DNA of 64,000 bases, from positions 372,001 through 436,000 of the forward strand of contig LSRY02000058.1 of NCBI GenBank assembly GCA_001643675.2. The letters run 5' to 3'. Every line of letters begins with the position of its first letter. Position 1 is the first letter of the stretch. Shown here piece by piece: positions 13,401-23,843 of the stretch. Source of the DNA: Monocercomonoides exilis PA203 (Eukaryota; Protista; Preaxostyla). The notes below the pieces were generated by a model, which saw only the letters and a program-made list of their open reading frames with translations, had not been told where the DNA came from and ran no database searches. Made by a program: the position numbers and the translations under genes.

Positions 13401-16400
13401 CATTAATTCGTGAATAATGATTCTCTCGAAGATCAAACAGAAATTGGCTTTCATTGATCTGAGATGTGATGTTGAAGCATTCAATGAAAATGTCATTTCC
13501 CACTCTTGCTGTATTTGCGCTAAATTTCATTCCCGTAAATGTGAAGTTCAAATCCCCTCTTTCCTTTGTTGCCAGATGCACCCCTCCTCCTCTCCCAGTG
13601 TTGTTGTTACAGCTGCAATGACTGATTGTTGAGTCAATCATCTTCATTGATCCTGATGCACCCAATGTGAAGAATATCGCCCCTCCTTTTTCACTCATTT
13701 CCGCTTTGTCTTCTGTGATGTTGTTCTCATTCACAACAAAACAAATCTTTTTCTCACTTTTTGATTCCAAAATGCTTGCTCCATTGTCGCTTCTCTTCAC
13801 TCCAGAAAACGATGATTTGTCAATCTCAATATATGCGCGTTCTTCATTCACTCCTTCATAATTCTTCAATCCTGGTTCAGATTTCTTGATTGAAAAAATG
13901 CATCCTCTGCTTTCATTCAATGATTCCACTCGAACATTTGCAAAATGGACAGAAACTCCATTGTCATGAATAACAAATATGCTGTTTCCAACATTGCACG
14001 ATTCCATCGACAAATCGCTCACTTCCAAAGTTCCTCCAATCGCATCCACAAATACACAATCAAATCCATTGTTCGCTCCTGCTTCTGAATGGAATGAACA
14101 TCCAGTTATCATCAACTCACCATCTCTGTTTGAAATGATTGTTTTGGCCGAATTGTCAAATCCAGATGTCAGATGAAGTTGGATATTTGTCAATTCAAGA
14201 TGAACGTTATTCACCATGAAATATTCCAGCTGACTTCCAACTGCCTTTTCAAAATTTAATATTGCTTTTGTATCTTCCTCTCCCATCTTTACACTCTTTT
14301 TGATCTGATAATTGGACACATTGAATGAATCTCGAATAACAGTTGATCCTTCAATTTGAATTGTTTTCGTTCCAATCTCCTTTTTCATGTTCATCATCCC
14401 TTTCCACAACGTTTCGCATGGTTCTTCCTCACTTCCACATCTCGTAACATCAAATCCACTCGACGTGATAAATATCTCAAATGAGCTGAATGGAATCAGA
14501 AACATGAATAAATCTTTGTTAGAATGAAAGTTATCACTTCCCACAAATAAAGTTTTATCATCCTTCATTGATGAGTAATCGAACTTGAATGAGTCATTTG
14601 TCACAGAAGAATTAAAATCCTTTCCCAAAATGAACGCATTCTTTCCAATGGCTGCATTGTTATTCTTAAAAGTTACATCTGCATCAAAAAGAAATGGCTT
14701 CTCATTCAAACAATTTTGGCAATCCAGATGCAAGAATCCTCCTTTCCCATTGCCTGACGAAAGTGAGCAAGATGATGAATTTGTTGATTTAATGAACAAA
14801 TCTTCGTCGTTTTTTAATATTACTCTTGCAACGCCACCTTCTTCGCTACCCTTATTTTCAATATTCGAAAAGTTGCTTTTTTCAAACAAAACGGAAGAAG
14901 ATATCATCAATGGAGATTCACCAAATGAGGAGTCATCCAAACTACATCCTTCCATTGTGCAATTCAACAGTTTCACTTTGTATTCCTGTTCATTTGCATT
15001 TGTGGGTAAAAGAGATAATGAAAAAAACGAAACTGTTGATTTCACATCTGAAATCGTGAAAAACTCCAATTCAACCATCTTCCCTGTCGATTTGATCAAG
15101 AAAAATTCAATTGTGTTTTGCTTCCCTCCAATCACACTCATCTCACAGTTCTTCATGTGCAACTCCCCATTTTGAGTGCTTGATTCGATCACTGCTGAGA
15201 TTGTTCTTGAAAAGCTCGATAGAACAACAATCCCAATGAATTTCATTTCTGTCAGTGATGCAGATTTCAGAATGCATTCTTCAGATCCACTCACTTCTCT
15301 TTGGCATTCCATCTCCACAATTGTCTCAGCTTTGGCCTTCACGCTCATTCCCCCAACATCAACACATCCGGTAACAGTGGATTTTGAGCACAAAATAATT
15401 TCCTCTTTTGTGTTCAGTGCTCTCTTCAGATGCCCTGTCCCGAAGTCCACACTCTTGCATGGCACCTTTTCAACCCCACAATACAATACCTCGATCCCAG
15501 ATATTCCATCCACAAACACCTTGTCAGAAAAGTATCCGTCGAGAAATATAAACAAATCGACATTCCAATCACCGAATGCTTCTGTTCTGTCATGTCCAAC
15601 AACCGAATTGTCTTTCTGAGTGATGCTTCTCATGAAGGCGAAGGAAGACTCGTTCACAGAAGCTGCAAGGGATTCGCACACAAAATACATATCTCTTCCG
15701 ACACAGGCCTTGTTGGCTGAAAACATGATATTGGTGATGGAAAAGGAGGATTCTGACACTTGTGAGCCTTCATTGAACTCGATCATGAGAGCACCGCCTC
15801 TTCCTCCAGAACTTGTATCCTCGCTCACAGAGCAGGTGGAGAAGGCTGTGTCACTCACTGAAAAGGAGTTGGCAGGGGCAGATGAGGCGAATGAGATGCA
15901 CCCGCCATTGGCGGCAGTCTGATGGTTTTGTGGAGCTGAGTTTATGTTGGTCATGGTGCAGTTGGCGAGGGAGAGGGAGAGGGCAGGGGAGGTGGCAGAG
16001 GAGAGGACACAGCTGGTGGGGGAGGCTGTGGAGGTGATGTCGGTGATGTTGGAGGAGTTGAGGATGAGGGGAGCTGTGAGGGAGGTGAGGTGGAAGATGC
16101 TTTGGCTGTTGAGGAGGAGACTGGTGATTGCTGTGTGGTTGAGGGCGAGGGAGCCAGCAGTGAGGAAGAAGAGGGGGGTTGTGATTGATGATGAAGATGG
16201 GGTTGTTCCGGTGATGGTGGTTGTGTTGAGGCTGAGGGAAGGGGAGTTATCGGAGAGGTGGAAGAGGATGGGGGTGATTTGGTTTGAGGAGTTGTGAGCG
16301 ATGGCGAGGGCAGAGACTGTGAGGGAGCCCTGGGTCTGTTGGAAGAGGGCAGACGAGGCAGATGGATCTGGTGAGGAAGATGTTGATGATGATGACAAGG

Positions 16401-18480
16401 ATGAAAATGAAGAAAATGATGATGTTGATTGTGATGATTGTGAATGCGAGTTTTGTGGTTGGGGAATGCCACTGGAGGCGACGGTGGTGGCATCTGTTCC
16501 GTTTCCAGTGATTTTTGTATTGGGAGCACGGAAAGAAAGTGTTTGCACGGGAGTGAAAGTGGAGATGAGAAGAGAGAGGGAGGAATCACTGAAGGGAGCA
16601 ATGCATCCGAGAGCATACTCAATTGTGGCACATGGGCTTTGCTGTGTTTTGCCACAGGCATCGACATCACTTCCACTGTTGGCAACAATTTTATCCTGGT
16701 TGATGATGGGAAGCCAGCTGTTGTACACGGAGTTATCAGCTGTTCCTGCATTCCACACTCTTTTTGATGGGATTGTCGAGCCACATTGCTGGAATGGGGA
16801 ACGGGCAATAGTGCTTTCATTGAAAAATACATCGTTTCCTTTGCCATTAGTCGCTTTATTGCCATCGAAAAAACAGAAAAAAATGAATTTTGTTCCACTC
16901 ATCCAATCATATGTTCTTGTGCAACACAATGCAGCGCCTCCATAAGAGGATGGTTTTTCCACTTTATTGTTGATGAATTGGCACTCATTAACCAAAAATT
17001 GATATATTTCATTTTTTGGAGGATAATGAAATGTTAAAGAACCAGCAGAATCGCCACCAGAATTTGATATGCATTTGCAGTTTAAAAATAAGAATCGTGA
17101 GTTTGTTTGTATATTTTCAGTATTAATATACCAACCAGTTCCACACCAATTTGATATTGAGCAGTTTTCAACTTTGTTTTCTGTAAATGACCAAACTGAA
17201 ATCAGTTGTGGAGTAGTTACACAATTCGCTCCTCCTTGAGCAGCTGAACAGTTTGTGAAATTGGATTTTGTCATGTTAATGTTTGATAAATATCTGCAAT
17301 ATAATGCTCCGCCGTGATCATTACTTGAACATCTGTAAAATGAGCACGAAGTGATTGTGAGGTTTGCATTCGAACAGTTTACAATAAGCGCACCACCCCA
17401 TTCACTTCCTCCATTCGAGTTAATCCATTCACACCATTCAAATCGATGGCTATTACGATCGAATGAAGCCAATCTGCTGAGTTTCACTTTTTGAGATTCG
17501 GTTCCAACATATACAATAGGAGCATTTGGTGAAGATCGAGTTTGAAGAAGGAAAGAGGTGTTAAAGGCATAGAGAGAAGTGAATGGGTTGTTGAGGTTGG
17601 GAAGGATGGCACCATCGATGGGGTTATTGGTGCGGAGGAAGATGGTTGAGTGGATAGAGAGAGAGGAGTGAAGGGAAAAAGAGGGGATTGCATTGGAGTC
17701 AGTATTGGTGGTTGAGGAAGAGGCGGAAGTGGTGGTGAATGAGTTGTGTGTGTGTGTGGGTTTGGCAGGAATGGTGTGTGTGTATTGTGGTGCACTTGTG
17801 ATGTTGGTGAAGAGTGTGTCCGAAAGATGGAGATTGAGGTGGATTTGGAGATGGCGATGAAGAAGGGAAGATGAAGAGGATACGGAAGGAGAAAAAAGGA
17901 AGGGATTGTGAAGGGAGATGAAAGAAGAGAATGAGGAATGAGAGATGGAGAAGGATGCGGGTATTGGGGAGTTGGCGGAAAAGTGGAGATTGTTTGTGAT
18001 GGAAAAGAGAGGGAAGGAGAAGATGGCTGGGTGAGGGATGGTGAGGGAGAAGTTGGTGAAAGAGAGGGAGCTGTGGGAAGAGAGGAAAAGTGGGTGGCTG
18101 GTATCTGTGTGGATTCGGCAGGTGGAGGAGAAAATAGTACATGATGAGTGATGTTGTGCAGCGAGGAATGCACAGCCACTGAGAGGTTTCATGACGAGAT
18201 CGCTCACACACAACGAGGCATTGACGATATTCACACTTGTTAGGGCACAACTGATACAATCGCCTGGTGAAAATATATTTTTTGCTGAACCTATGCCATT
18301 TTTATTGTAGTATTTGTTGCTGCTGTTTTCAACGCTGTTCGTGCTTTCTGGCATCTCCCAATTCATTTCTTGATGGTTTCGTTTTTCAGCAATGCCTCTG
18401 TCATTGACGCAATTGACAACAACCAATAAGAGAGCAACAATATTTATTGCAACTTTTTCACTGGTGGAGAACCTCGCCAT
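10435..18480 (-). CDS. Intronless receptor-like surface protein: signal peptide, repeated pectin-lyase/Pmp-like beta-helix modules, single TM helix, C-terminal TKL-like pseudokinase
   Basis: Likely start MARFSTSEKVAINIVALLLVVVNC (ATG 18480); many GGA(L/I)/FxxN motifs; four CGxxxxPC-type module caps; TM WPIVVIVMAIILLIVLIISIIVTI (~11713-11785); kinase C-lobe LRWKAPELL...VFSIGMMLWECLTLQIPFG...DRPT. Confidence 0.88.
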   Translation of the reverse strand: MARFSTSEKVAINIVALLLVVVNCVNDRGIAEKRNHQEMNWEMPESTNSVENSSNKYYNKNGIGSAKNIFSPGDCISCALTSVNIVNASLCVSDLVMKPLSGCAFLAAQHHSSCTIFSSTCRIHTDTSHPLFLSSHSSLSFTNFSLTIPHPAIFSFPLFSITNNLHFSANSPIPASFSISHSSFSSFISLHNPFLFSPSVSSSSSLLHRHLQIHLNLHLSDTLFTNITSAPQYTHTIPAKPTHTHNSFTTTSASSSTTNTDSNAIPSFSLHSSLSIHSTIFLRTNNPIDGAILPNLNNPFTSLYAFNTSFLLQTRSSPNAPIVYVGTESQKVKLSRLASFDRNSHRFEWCEWINSNGGSEWGGALIVNCSNANLTITSCSFYRCSSNDHGGALYCRYLSNINMTKSNFTNCSAAQGGANCVTTPQLISVWSFTENKVENCSISNWCGTGWYINTENIQTNSRFLFLNCKCISNSGGDSAGSLTFHYPPKNEIYQFLVNECQFINNKVEKPSSYGGAALCCTRTYDWMSGTKFIFFCFFDGNKATNGKGNDVFFNESTIARSPFQQCGSTIPSKRVWNAGTADNSVYNSWLPIINQDKIVANSGSDVDACGKTQQSPCATIEYALGCIAPFSDSSLSLLISTFTPVQTLSFRAPNTKITGNGTDATTVASSGIPQPQNSHSQSSQSTSSFSSFSSLSSSSTSSSPDPSASSALFQQTQGSLTVSALAIAHNSSNQITPILFHLSDNSPSLSLNTTTITGTTPSSSSITTPLFFLTAGSLALNHTAITSLLLNSQSIFHLTSLTAPLILNSSNITDITSTASPTSCVLSSATSPALSLSLANCTMTNINSAPQNHQTAANGGCISFASSAPANSFSVSDTAFSTCSVSEDTSSGGRGGALMIEFNEGSQVSESSFSITNIMFSANKACVGRDMYFVCESLAASVNESSFAFMRSITQKDNSVVGHDRTEAFGDWNVDLFIFLDGYFSDKVFVDGISGIEVLYCGVEKVPCKSVDFGTGHLKRALNTKEEIILCSKSTVTGCVDVGGMSVKAKAETIVEMECQREVSGSEECILKSASLTEMKFIGIVVLSSFSRTISAVIESSTQNGELHMKNCEMSVIGGKQNTIEFFLIKSTGKMVELEFFTISDVKSTVSFFSLSLLPTNANEQEYKVKLLNCTMEGCSLDDSSFGESPLMISSSVLFEKSNFSNIENKGSEEGGVARVILKNDEDLFIKSTNSSSCSLSSGNGKGGFLHLDCQNCLNEKPFLFDADVTFKNNNAAIGKNAFILGKDFNSSVTNDSFKFDYSSMKDDKTLFVGSDNFHSNKDLFMFLIPFSSFEIFITSSGFDVTRCGSEEEPCETLWKGMMNMKKEIGTKTIQIEGSTVIRDSFNVSNYQIKKSVKMGEEDTKAILNFEKAVGSQLEYFMVNNVHLELTNIQLHLTSGFDNSAKTIISNRDGELMITGCSFHSEAGANNGFDCVFVDAIGGTLEVSDLSMESCNVGNSIFVIHDNGVSVHFANVRVESLNESRGCIFSIKKSEPGLKNYEGVNEERAYIEIDKSSFSGVKRSDNGASILESKSEKKICFVVNENNITEDKAEMSEKGGAIFFTLGASGSMKMIDSTISHCSCNNNTGRGGGVHLATKERGDLNFTFTGMKFSANTARVGNDIFIECFNITSQINESQFLFDLRENHYSRINAIYGRDSCDYPSDTDLMDFVTIYQGDTIIVSSVNGSNERQCGTSTLSCHSIDYGLMHLTSDFISLMFVVEESVIGEEINLEEMSLSSKSREMCEVEVKSNIERTRGALITTAGTVSLLRVIFVFDSYFISSHESLISPEGGILEIINCSYDSKQSNEEGNEAFASVPFHIINAAKGELQLMECKVTNLELHKSAIHLSSPLPSVIDSLTICNSTIETTLIDIYECGQITIKDFNTENITVEGSEELLISCLAMKKTVQLTNCTICGINSQTSKWKLMKLEDCTDVKIDNCIFDGSSKERKEKNLNAEEEMCRWEGSLVDVVKSSILMKDTTISNSPEGGITMNGGTMTINDGKFENNNPSLKKYPSLRKNIICSDSGTLNVMSLKGGDGWERNTSLWMLNEGCIFEGIVSERDSSFFIPVLESVEAKEEADRMKLTFKGLLLIPCNLSFSVVKRKGEEKEIEKHDFESNGFLSEREVEGSATKDLLSSCGDEIEVSVHIMFGNSNALSSTQPFVLKNASESEPKGDERIVEGGKKERSKWPIVVIVMAIILLIVLIISIIVTIRWRKAKNENKDLREIVEDNIKKDPKVLEMVTMEMSPEEQWQRAEREAEKKNEEKIKKRVYAKSLGHSESSEHLLSESGSTEYILGRDSDKIPDWALEKVDEKEEEETRKRTPSPSISSTSTTHTSDTESTFVRGEDLCPTTSSMSNLVDAMACSSPHEKLIVDLRDSLFMLLHGRNKTKEMAIGTLEEREMTAAQILFWVSNLALHSFDEMENPLQSLSNLSPHIVLFSEHMVICIVMHSDFSSDDDSSSISSSTVVTSASDDDESDSLPSSAFEDESLFKKECLRWKAPELLINKKMGATKKSVVFSIGMMLWECLTLQIPFGDFEAELAGQKIVNGESAGLEKIRDSSFYETAKSTLSIEPFDRPTLITLKRKFYEHFPSGTNIVTVSDAVDFDIDEDEEGGGCEEKNCRSSFISDANFYATS

Positions 18481-18762
18481 GGAAGAAGAAGAAAGAAAAA
18501 ACTGAAAATAAAAATTCCTGCGCCCAATATATTTATTTTGTTTCAATTAAATATGGGACGTTATTTTAGGTTTTATGAATTTTGTTCCCCACTTCGCATT
18601 GCAAAAAATGTTTCTCAATCTTATAATTTTTCAAGTAATTTTAAGTATTGTTATGGAAGACTTTTAATGATATTATTGCAGAAAAAGTTTAGAACAAATT
18701 GTTAATTTTTTTCAAAAATTAAAAAATTTTGAAACATTTCAAATTGTTTTATAAAAGACATT

Positions 18763-18764
<2 letters not shown>

Positions 18765-18813
<49 letters not shown>
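18765..18813 (+). repeat. Poly(T) homopolymer (49 nt)
   Basis: Directly visible. Confidence 0.95.
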
Positions 18814-19554
18814 CGGAAAAATATGTGAAATACTAAAATGAAAGAAAGAAAAAACGAGCAAATTATAAACATTCTTTTAAGAGCATCCAAGACTATTTGT
18901 TGAAAATAATTAATTGTTGACAAAAAAAAAACTTTGACACAATTTTCTTCTTATTGATTTTGAATCTTTTTGTGATTTACGAAAATTATTAATGAAAATT
19001 GAATGCTTGTTTGAACAAAGTTGATATTCTTTTATCTGAGCTTCACGAACAAAAGTTTATTTGTATTTTTTTTGCAATTTTTTCAAAATAATAAAGAAAT
19101 TCAGGAAGAATAATTTTCTTCATTCACCTATTATCTTATTTTATTTTTCCGAATAAATCCCTCCCCACTTTCCCCCTCTTATGTTCTATCATCTTCAAAA
19201 TTTGTAGCTGTCAAGTGTGTATGATAAATAATAAACTCTTAATTTGATTTATTTCAATTCATGCTGTTCAACATATGTCAAAACTCAAAAAGAAAAAGAA
19301 AAAATGAAAAGAAAAGTTGATAGAGAAAACTTAAACATGAAATAACAAAAACACATCCGCAGCCATCTTCAATAAACAGCTCCGAGAGTGAAACAAAGAA
19401 ATGAAAAGGTAAAAGATACAATTAAATACCACTCATGCTTTCTTTTGAAACACCAATCGTATAAATGAAACTCATCTCACATGCACATTCTATTTATCTT
19501 CACAAACAAATCCAATATAATCCAATTGCACTTGACATTTTTTGCACCACATTT

Positions 19555-21988
19555 TCACACAGACTCTGGTGATGCTACTTGTGCTGCTCTTTTCTTTTTC
19601 TTTTTCTTCCGCTTTTTCCTCTGCAACTCAGAATTGACACTCTCATCTCGCCCATCATACTCCACAGGCGGGTCAATGAATCCCCTTTGGATGTTTGGCT
19701 CGTCCTTCTCATCTGTCTCTCTTTGCAGCAACGAGGCTGATACTGCTGCAGGCGGGCGAACGGGATCCAACATAACGCTCTCTCCTTGTGATACACCGAA
19801 TCCAGCTCCTTCCTCACTTGCCTGTCTTCCCAACAGACTGAGTTTTTCCTCAGAGCGAATGCTGCTCTGCTCGTTTGGCGCAGGTGAATGCAGCGAGCGG
19901 TGCGAAAAGTGGCCAGACGAGTTCGATGTGCCTGACAGCGCAGCAGAGAATGCGCCGCCTGGAGCATCCGAAGAGGCGGTGCTGGCAGAGCGCACACTCT
20001 GCTCACTGAACCCTCCTTCTTTCTCCTTCACCCGCTGGATGCTCCGGCTGTGCTCCACCGGGTGCGGAGCCCCTTTCACTGCAAATCGGTGCGGCTGCCG
20101 CGACCGGCGGTGCTTCGACTTCTGCTCTTCTGATCCAGCTGGCCCAACAGACCCAGCAGATACGGCAGACACGCCTGACACATTTGATAAGGATGCATCC
20201 TGGTTCCTGTGTGTGCGGGAGGAGCCTTCGGCATAAGGGCGGCGGTGTGTGCGTGTGCTGTGCGAGTGCGATGAGTGTGTTGAGCGTGTGGAATGCGATG
20301 AATATGACGAGGAATAAGACGAAGCATACGACTTCTGCGAGCTGTGGGTGTGTGCTGTTGAGTGTGTCTGCGACGAAAGGGAGGGAGAATACGAGCGCTG
20401 AGATGTTCGGTGTGAAAATGAAGAGGCGTCTGAGTAGTCGTCGCCTCCTCTGCTTCCGCCTTCTCCTCTCTCGCTGCTGCTGCTTCTGTCTCTATATCCA
20501 TCTCTGCCTCTGCCCCTGCCTCTTCCTTTGCCGCTGAATCTGTCTCTATCCCCTTCTCCTTCACTGCTCTCCGACTCGTCTGCATTCACCAGGGGATCGT
20601 ATTTCGCGATGTTGTGGAAGGCCGACCCAGCCAATGTCTTATAAGCAATGGCAGTGGCCATCGTTGACGAGGCAGCAGAAGAGCGGGATGATCTGACAGG
20701 GCTGCCTGCAGGAGAGTTCGGGCACTCAGAAGAGGAGAAGTCGGAGGTCGAATCGGAGCCTGAGGCAAAGTCATCAGATGAAAGAGTGGAAGAAGCTGAT
20801 GGAACAACTGATTTGAAGGAGAAGATGGCGAATGTGATGAGGAAGGTGAGAGATGGAAGAACCTCAAAGAAGCTGAAGTAGATGAAGAGAGTCCAAAAGA
20901 ATGGAGAACTAAAAATTGAAAAGAAGAGCAAGCAGGTGCAATTGAAATATATAAATGAGGAAAAATAAGTTATTGATGTTAAATGCCACAAAAAAAAAAA
21001 CTTTTTGTAATTATTATGAATTAATTTATAAAAATAAAAAGTTAAAAGCAATCTTTAGTGTTGAATTTGATATCAAAACAGAAGAAACGACAAGAACTCA
21101 AAATGCGCATACCAATCGTCCTCGAGACATCTTGAAATGCTTTTCCAGAAATAGTTGTAAATCACATTTTCATCAAATTCATTCAACATATTCCAGACAA
21201 ATCGAAGCATGAAGAAAAAGGCAAGCAAAAACGTTGTAGCAGTGAGTAACTTAAGTTTCCATTTAAAAATAGACAACAGCCCAGGATTCAAAGTTATTTG
21301 ACATAAGCTTATTCCTTGAAACAGGAGACTGATTCCAACAAAAAAGAAAATTACGCAATAAATAATATCTAAAAGCTTTTCCCAAATAGTTATCTCTTCA
21401 AGAGCTGGAGAACTCTACATGTGCAAATCGATAAAAATAAAGACATAGCACATTTAAACTAAAAGAAGAAAAAAATGGCAAACTGAGATAATGACTGTTG
21501 AAACAATGGATAATACGAACATTGCTGTGAGAAGTCCAAATGCTACAACGTAATAAGTAATAGATCGACATTTTGTACGGAACATACAAAGCGAAAAAGA
21601 GGTCCCAAGCCATATAACAAAAATGTACCAAGGAAGAACAATCAAAAATGGAGGAAGCATTTCACAGAAGAATACATAAGAAAAAGGCGCAAATGGGAAC
21701 GGTGTAACGAAAAGAAGGCATCTAATCAAAAAGTGACATGCTAAAATTACTAGCATTATCTTTTTCATTATGTTTGTTCGAATTGTTGAGAATCTAAATT
21801 CAGTAATTATTTCATGCACAGTAAAAAGCAGGCAAATTGTGAAAAAGATAAAAAGCAATATTATTGGAGCATTGTTTTTTCCGTATATAACTTTTGAAGA
21901 ATATGTGAAAAAATATTCAAAAAATTTTAAATATACCAGGGCATGATGAAGTTATCAATGCTTGATCAATCACGACAGTTGACTCCAT
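19555..21988 (-). CDS. Multi-exon polytopic membrane protein, TOM1/THH1/GPR137-like, with a long disordered Ser/Arg/His-rich C-tail
   Basis: ATG 21988 (MESTVVID), first intron ~21891-21935; hydrophobic exons FLIRCLLF..FFCEMLPPFL, FFFMLRFVW, and YFSFFEVLPSLTFL (E-x-L-P-S last-helix motif typical of this family); the tail lies in ORF 19555-20910. Confidence 0.6.
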
Positions 21989-22137
21989 CCTGAACTAATA
22001 TCGGGCTTGATTATTGTTTCCTTTTGATTATATATGTCAAATGTTGCTGAGAATCTTTTTTGTGCAATTTTCTAAGTTGATCAAAAGGATAATAAATAAG
22101 GAACGATTTTTTGGAAATTTTTCCATTTTGAAAATCT

Positions 22138-23583
22138 TCAATCTTCTTCATCTTCACTTTCTGAAAAAGAAAATAAATCTTCTTCAGGCTCTTGGGATTC
22201 ATCCTGGTAAACAAATTCTTCATCATTGAACCAAGCATCAGATTTCAGGAAATTTTGAGAACTGAGTTCATCGAATGTATCTTGATGATTAATTTCAGCA
22301 AAAATACTCCACAGTGTATCTTTATGACCTAAAGTAGTCCAATCAACTCCACTGAAAAACGGATGATCTTTTGCTTCTTCAAGCCCCATACGTTGAGATG
22401 GATCAACTTTTACAAAATTATCTATTAAGCTGCAAAGTTGGTCAAACAAACAGACATCTTGACTGGAAAAAGCTTTGCCTGACAATCCACATGCAACCTC
22501 TTTCTGATCTTCACTCAAATGATTTGATGAAATTGGTTTTTCTGATGTCGAATCAGCGGAACATGAAGCAACAGAATGAGTACACTCAGAAGAAGTGGCA
22601 GAATGCTCAAGTGATGGCTGATCAATTTGACTTGAACAGACATCTCTGGCCGATCGCAATGAAGGAAAAGAGACTTTTCCTTTGAGCATTTTGCGGAAGA
22701 GCAAGTACTGAGACGGGGCTTCAAAGCAATATTTCCCTGTTAGAAGGAAATACAGCAAAAGCCCAAACGACCAGCAGTCTGACTTCGCAGTTATGGGCTC
22801 GCTTTTAATGGCCTCTGGAGATACACAAATGGAGGAACCGATTAATGGAATGCTCTTTTTAAACAAAGGATCCTTTTCAGTTGCTTCTTGGTTTGTTCCT
22901 TTGATGAAACAGGAACCAAAATCAGCAATTCGAATGTGACCATCTTTTCCTAACAATATATTTTGTGGCTTAAGATCGCGATGGGCCACTCTGTGAATCA
23001 AGAGTTGAGACATTTTGATTTATAATTAAAAACATACCCATTTTGATGAAGGAATATCAGTCCAGATAGAATTTCAGCTGAAATAAACAGAATGAACGGT
23101 AATTTCAATGGTTTCTTCACGAATGCTCCTAGGTCAGTTAAACAAAGTTCAGTTAAAAAATCTGTCTGTTTTAACTATTTCGACAAATACAAGTAAAGAC
23201 AAACAAATATTATTACTATCCTCAAAAATGTTTTCACATTTCAGAATAAAGCGATGAATACAAGTTTTAAATACGTGCTTTTCAATATCTATGATGTGAA
23301 GAGAATGAAGTTTGCTCAATTTAGCTTTTGACATTTGTTTGATTGCAAATTGTTGATTTTTTTGATCCTCTCCAAGAAGCACCTAAATGTTACAAATAAA
23401 AACAAAATTTCACAACAAAAACAGCGTTATTTAAACAATGGAAAATATGAATTTGTTTATAAGTTATAAAGACAAATAGACATTTCTAACCGTTGAATAA
23501 GATCCAACGCTTATTGTCTTTTGAAGTTGAAACTCTCCAACACAATTCAATTTATTTTGCGAATGCATATCACAATAGGCCAT
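22138..23583 (-). CDS. AGC-family Ser/Thr kinase, PDK1-like (4 exons)
   Basis: Spliced: ISVGSYST|VLL...FAIKQMSK...AEILSGLIFLHQNG|VAHRDLKPQNILLGKDGHIRIADFGS...VSPE...SDCWSFG...YLLFRKMLKG...DPSQRMG...HPFFSGVDW. Confidence 0.85.
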
Positions 23584-23843
23584 AGTTATACCTGTTTTTT
23601 TGCAATGTACTTCAAAAAGGAAAGATTATCTGCATAAAAATATTTTCATGGGTTAATGAGACCATAATATTATTTTGATCATTCAGATTTTTTTTTTTTT
23701 TCTAGTAACAATTTGGTGCCTTAAACTTGTTTAATCCCCGAATATATTTCTATACTCAAGCACATATATAAGTTTGCAATTCCTTCGTGGAGCAAGTTAA
23801 TTTTGTTTCAACACTTTCGAGCAGTTATTGACTTTTCTTTTGA

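Noticed and set aside
18481-18546. N-terminal extension of the 2703-aa ORF
   Set aside because: It begins at a non-ATG codon; the ATG at 18480 directly precedes the signal peptide.
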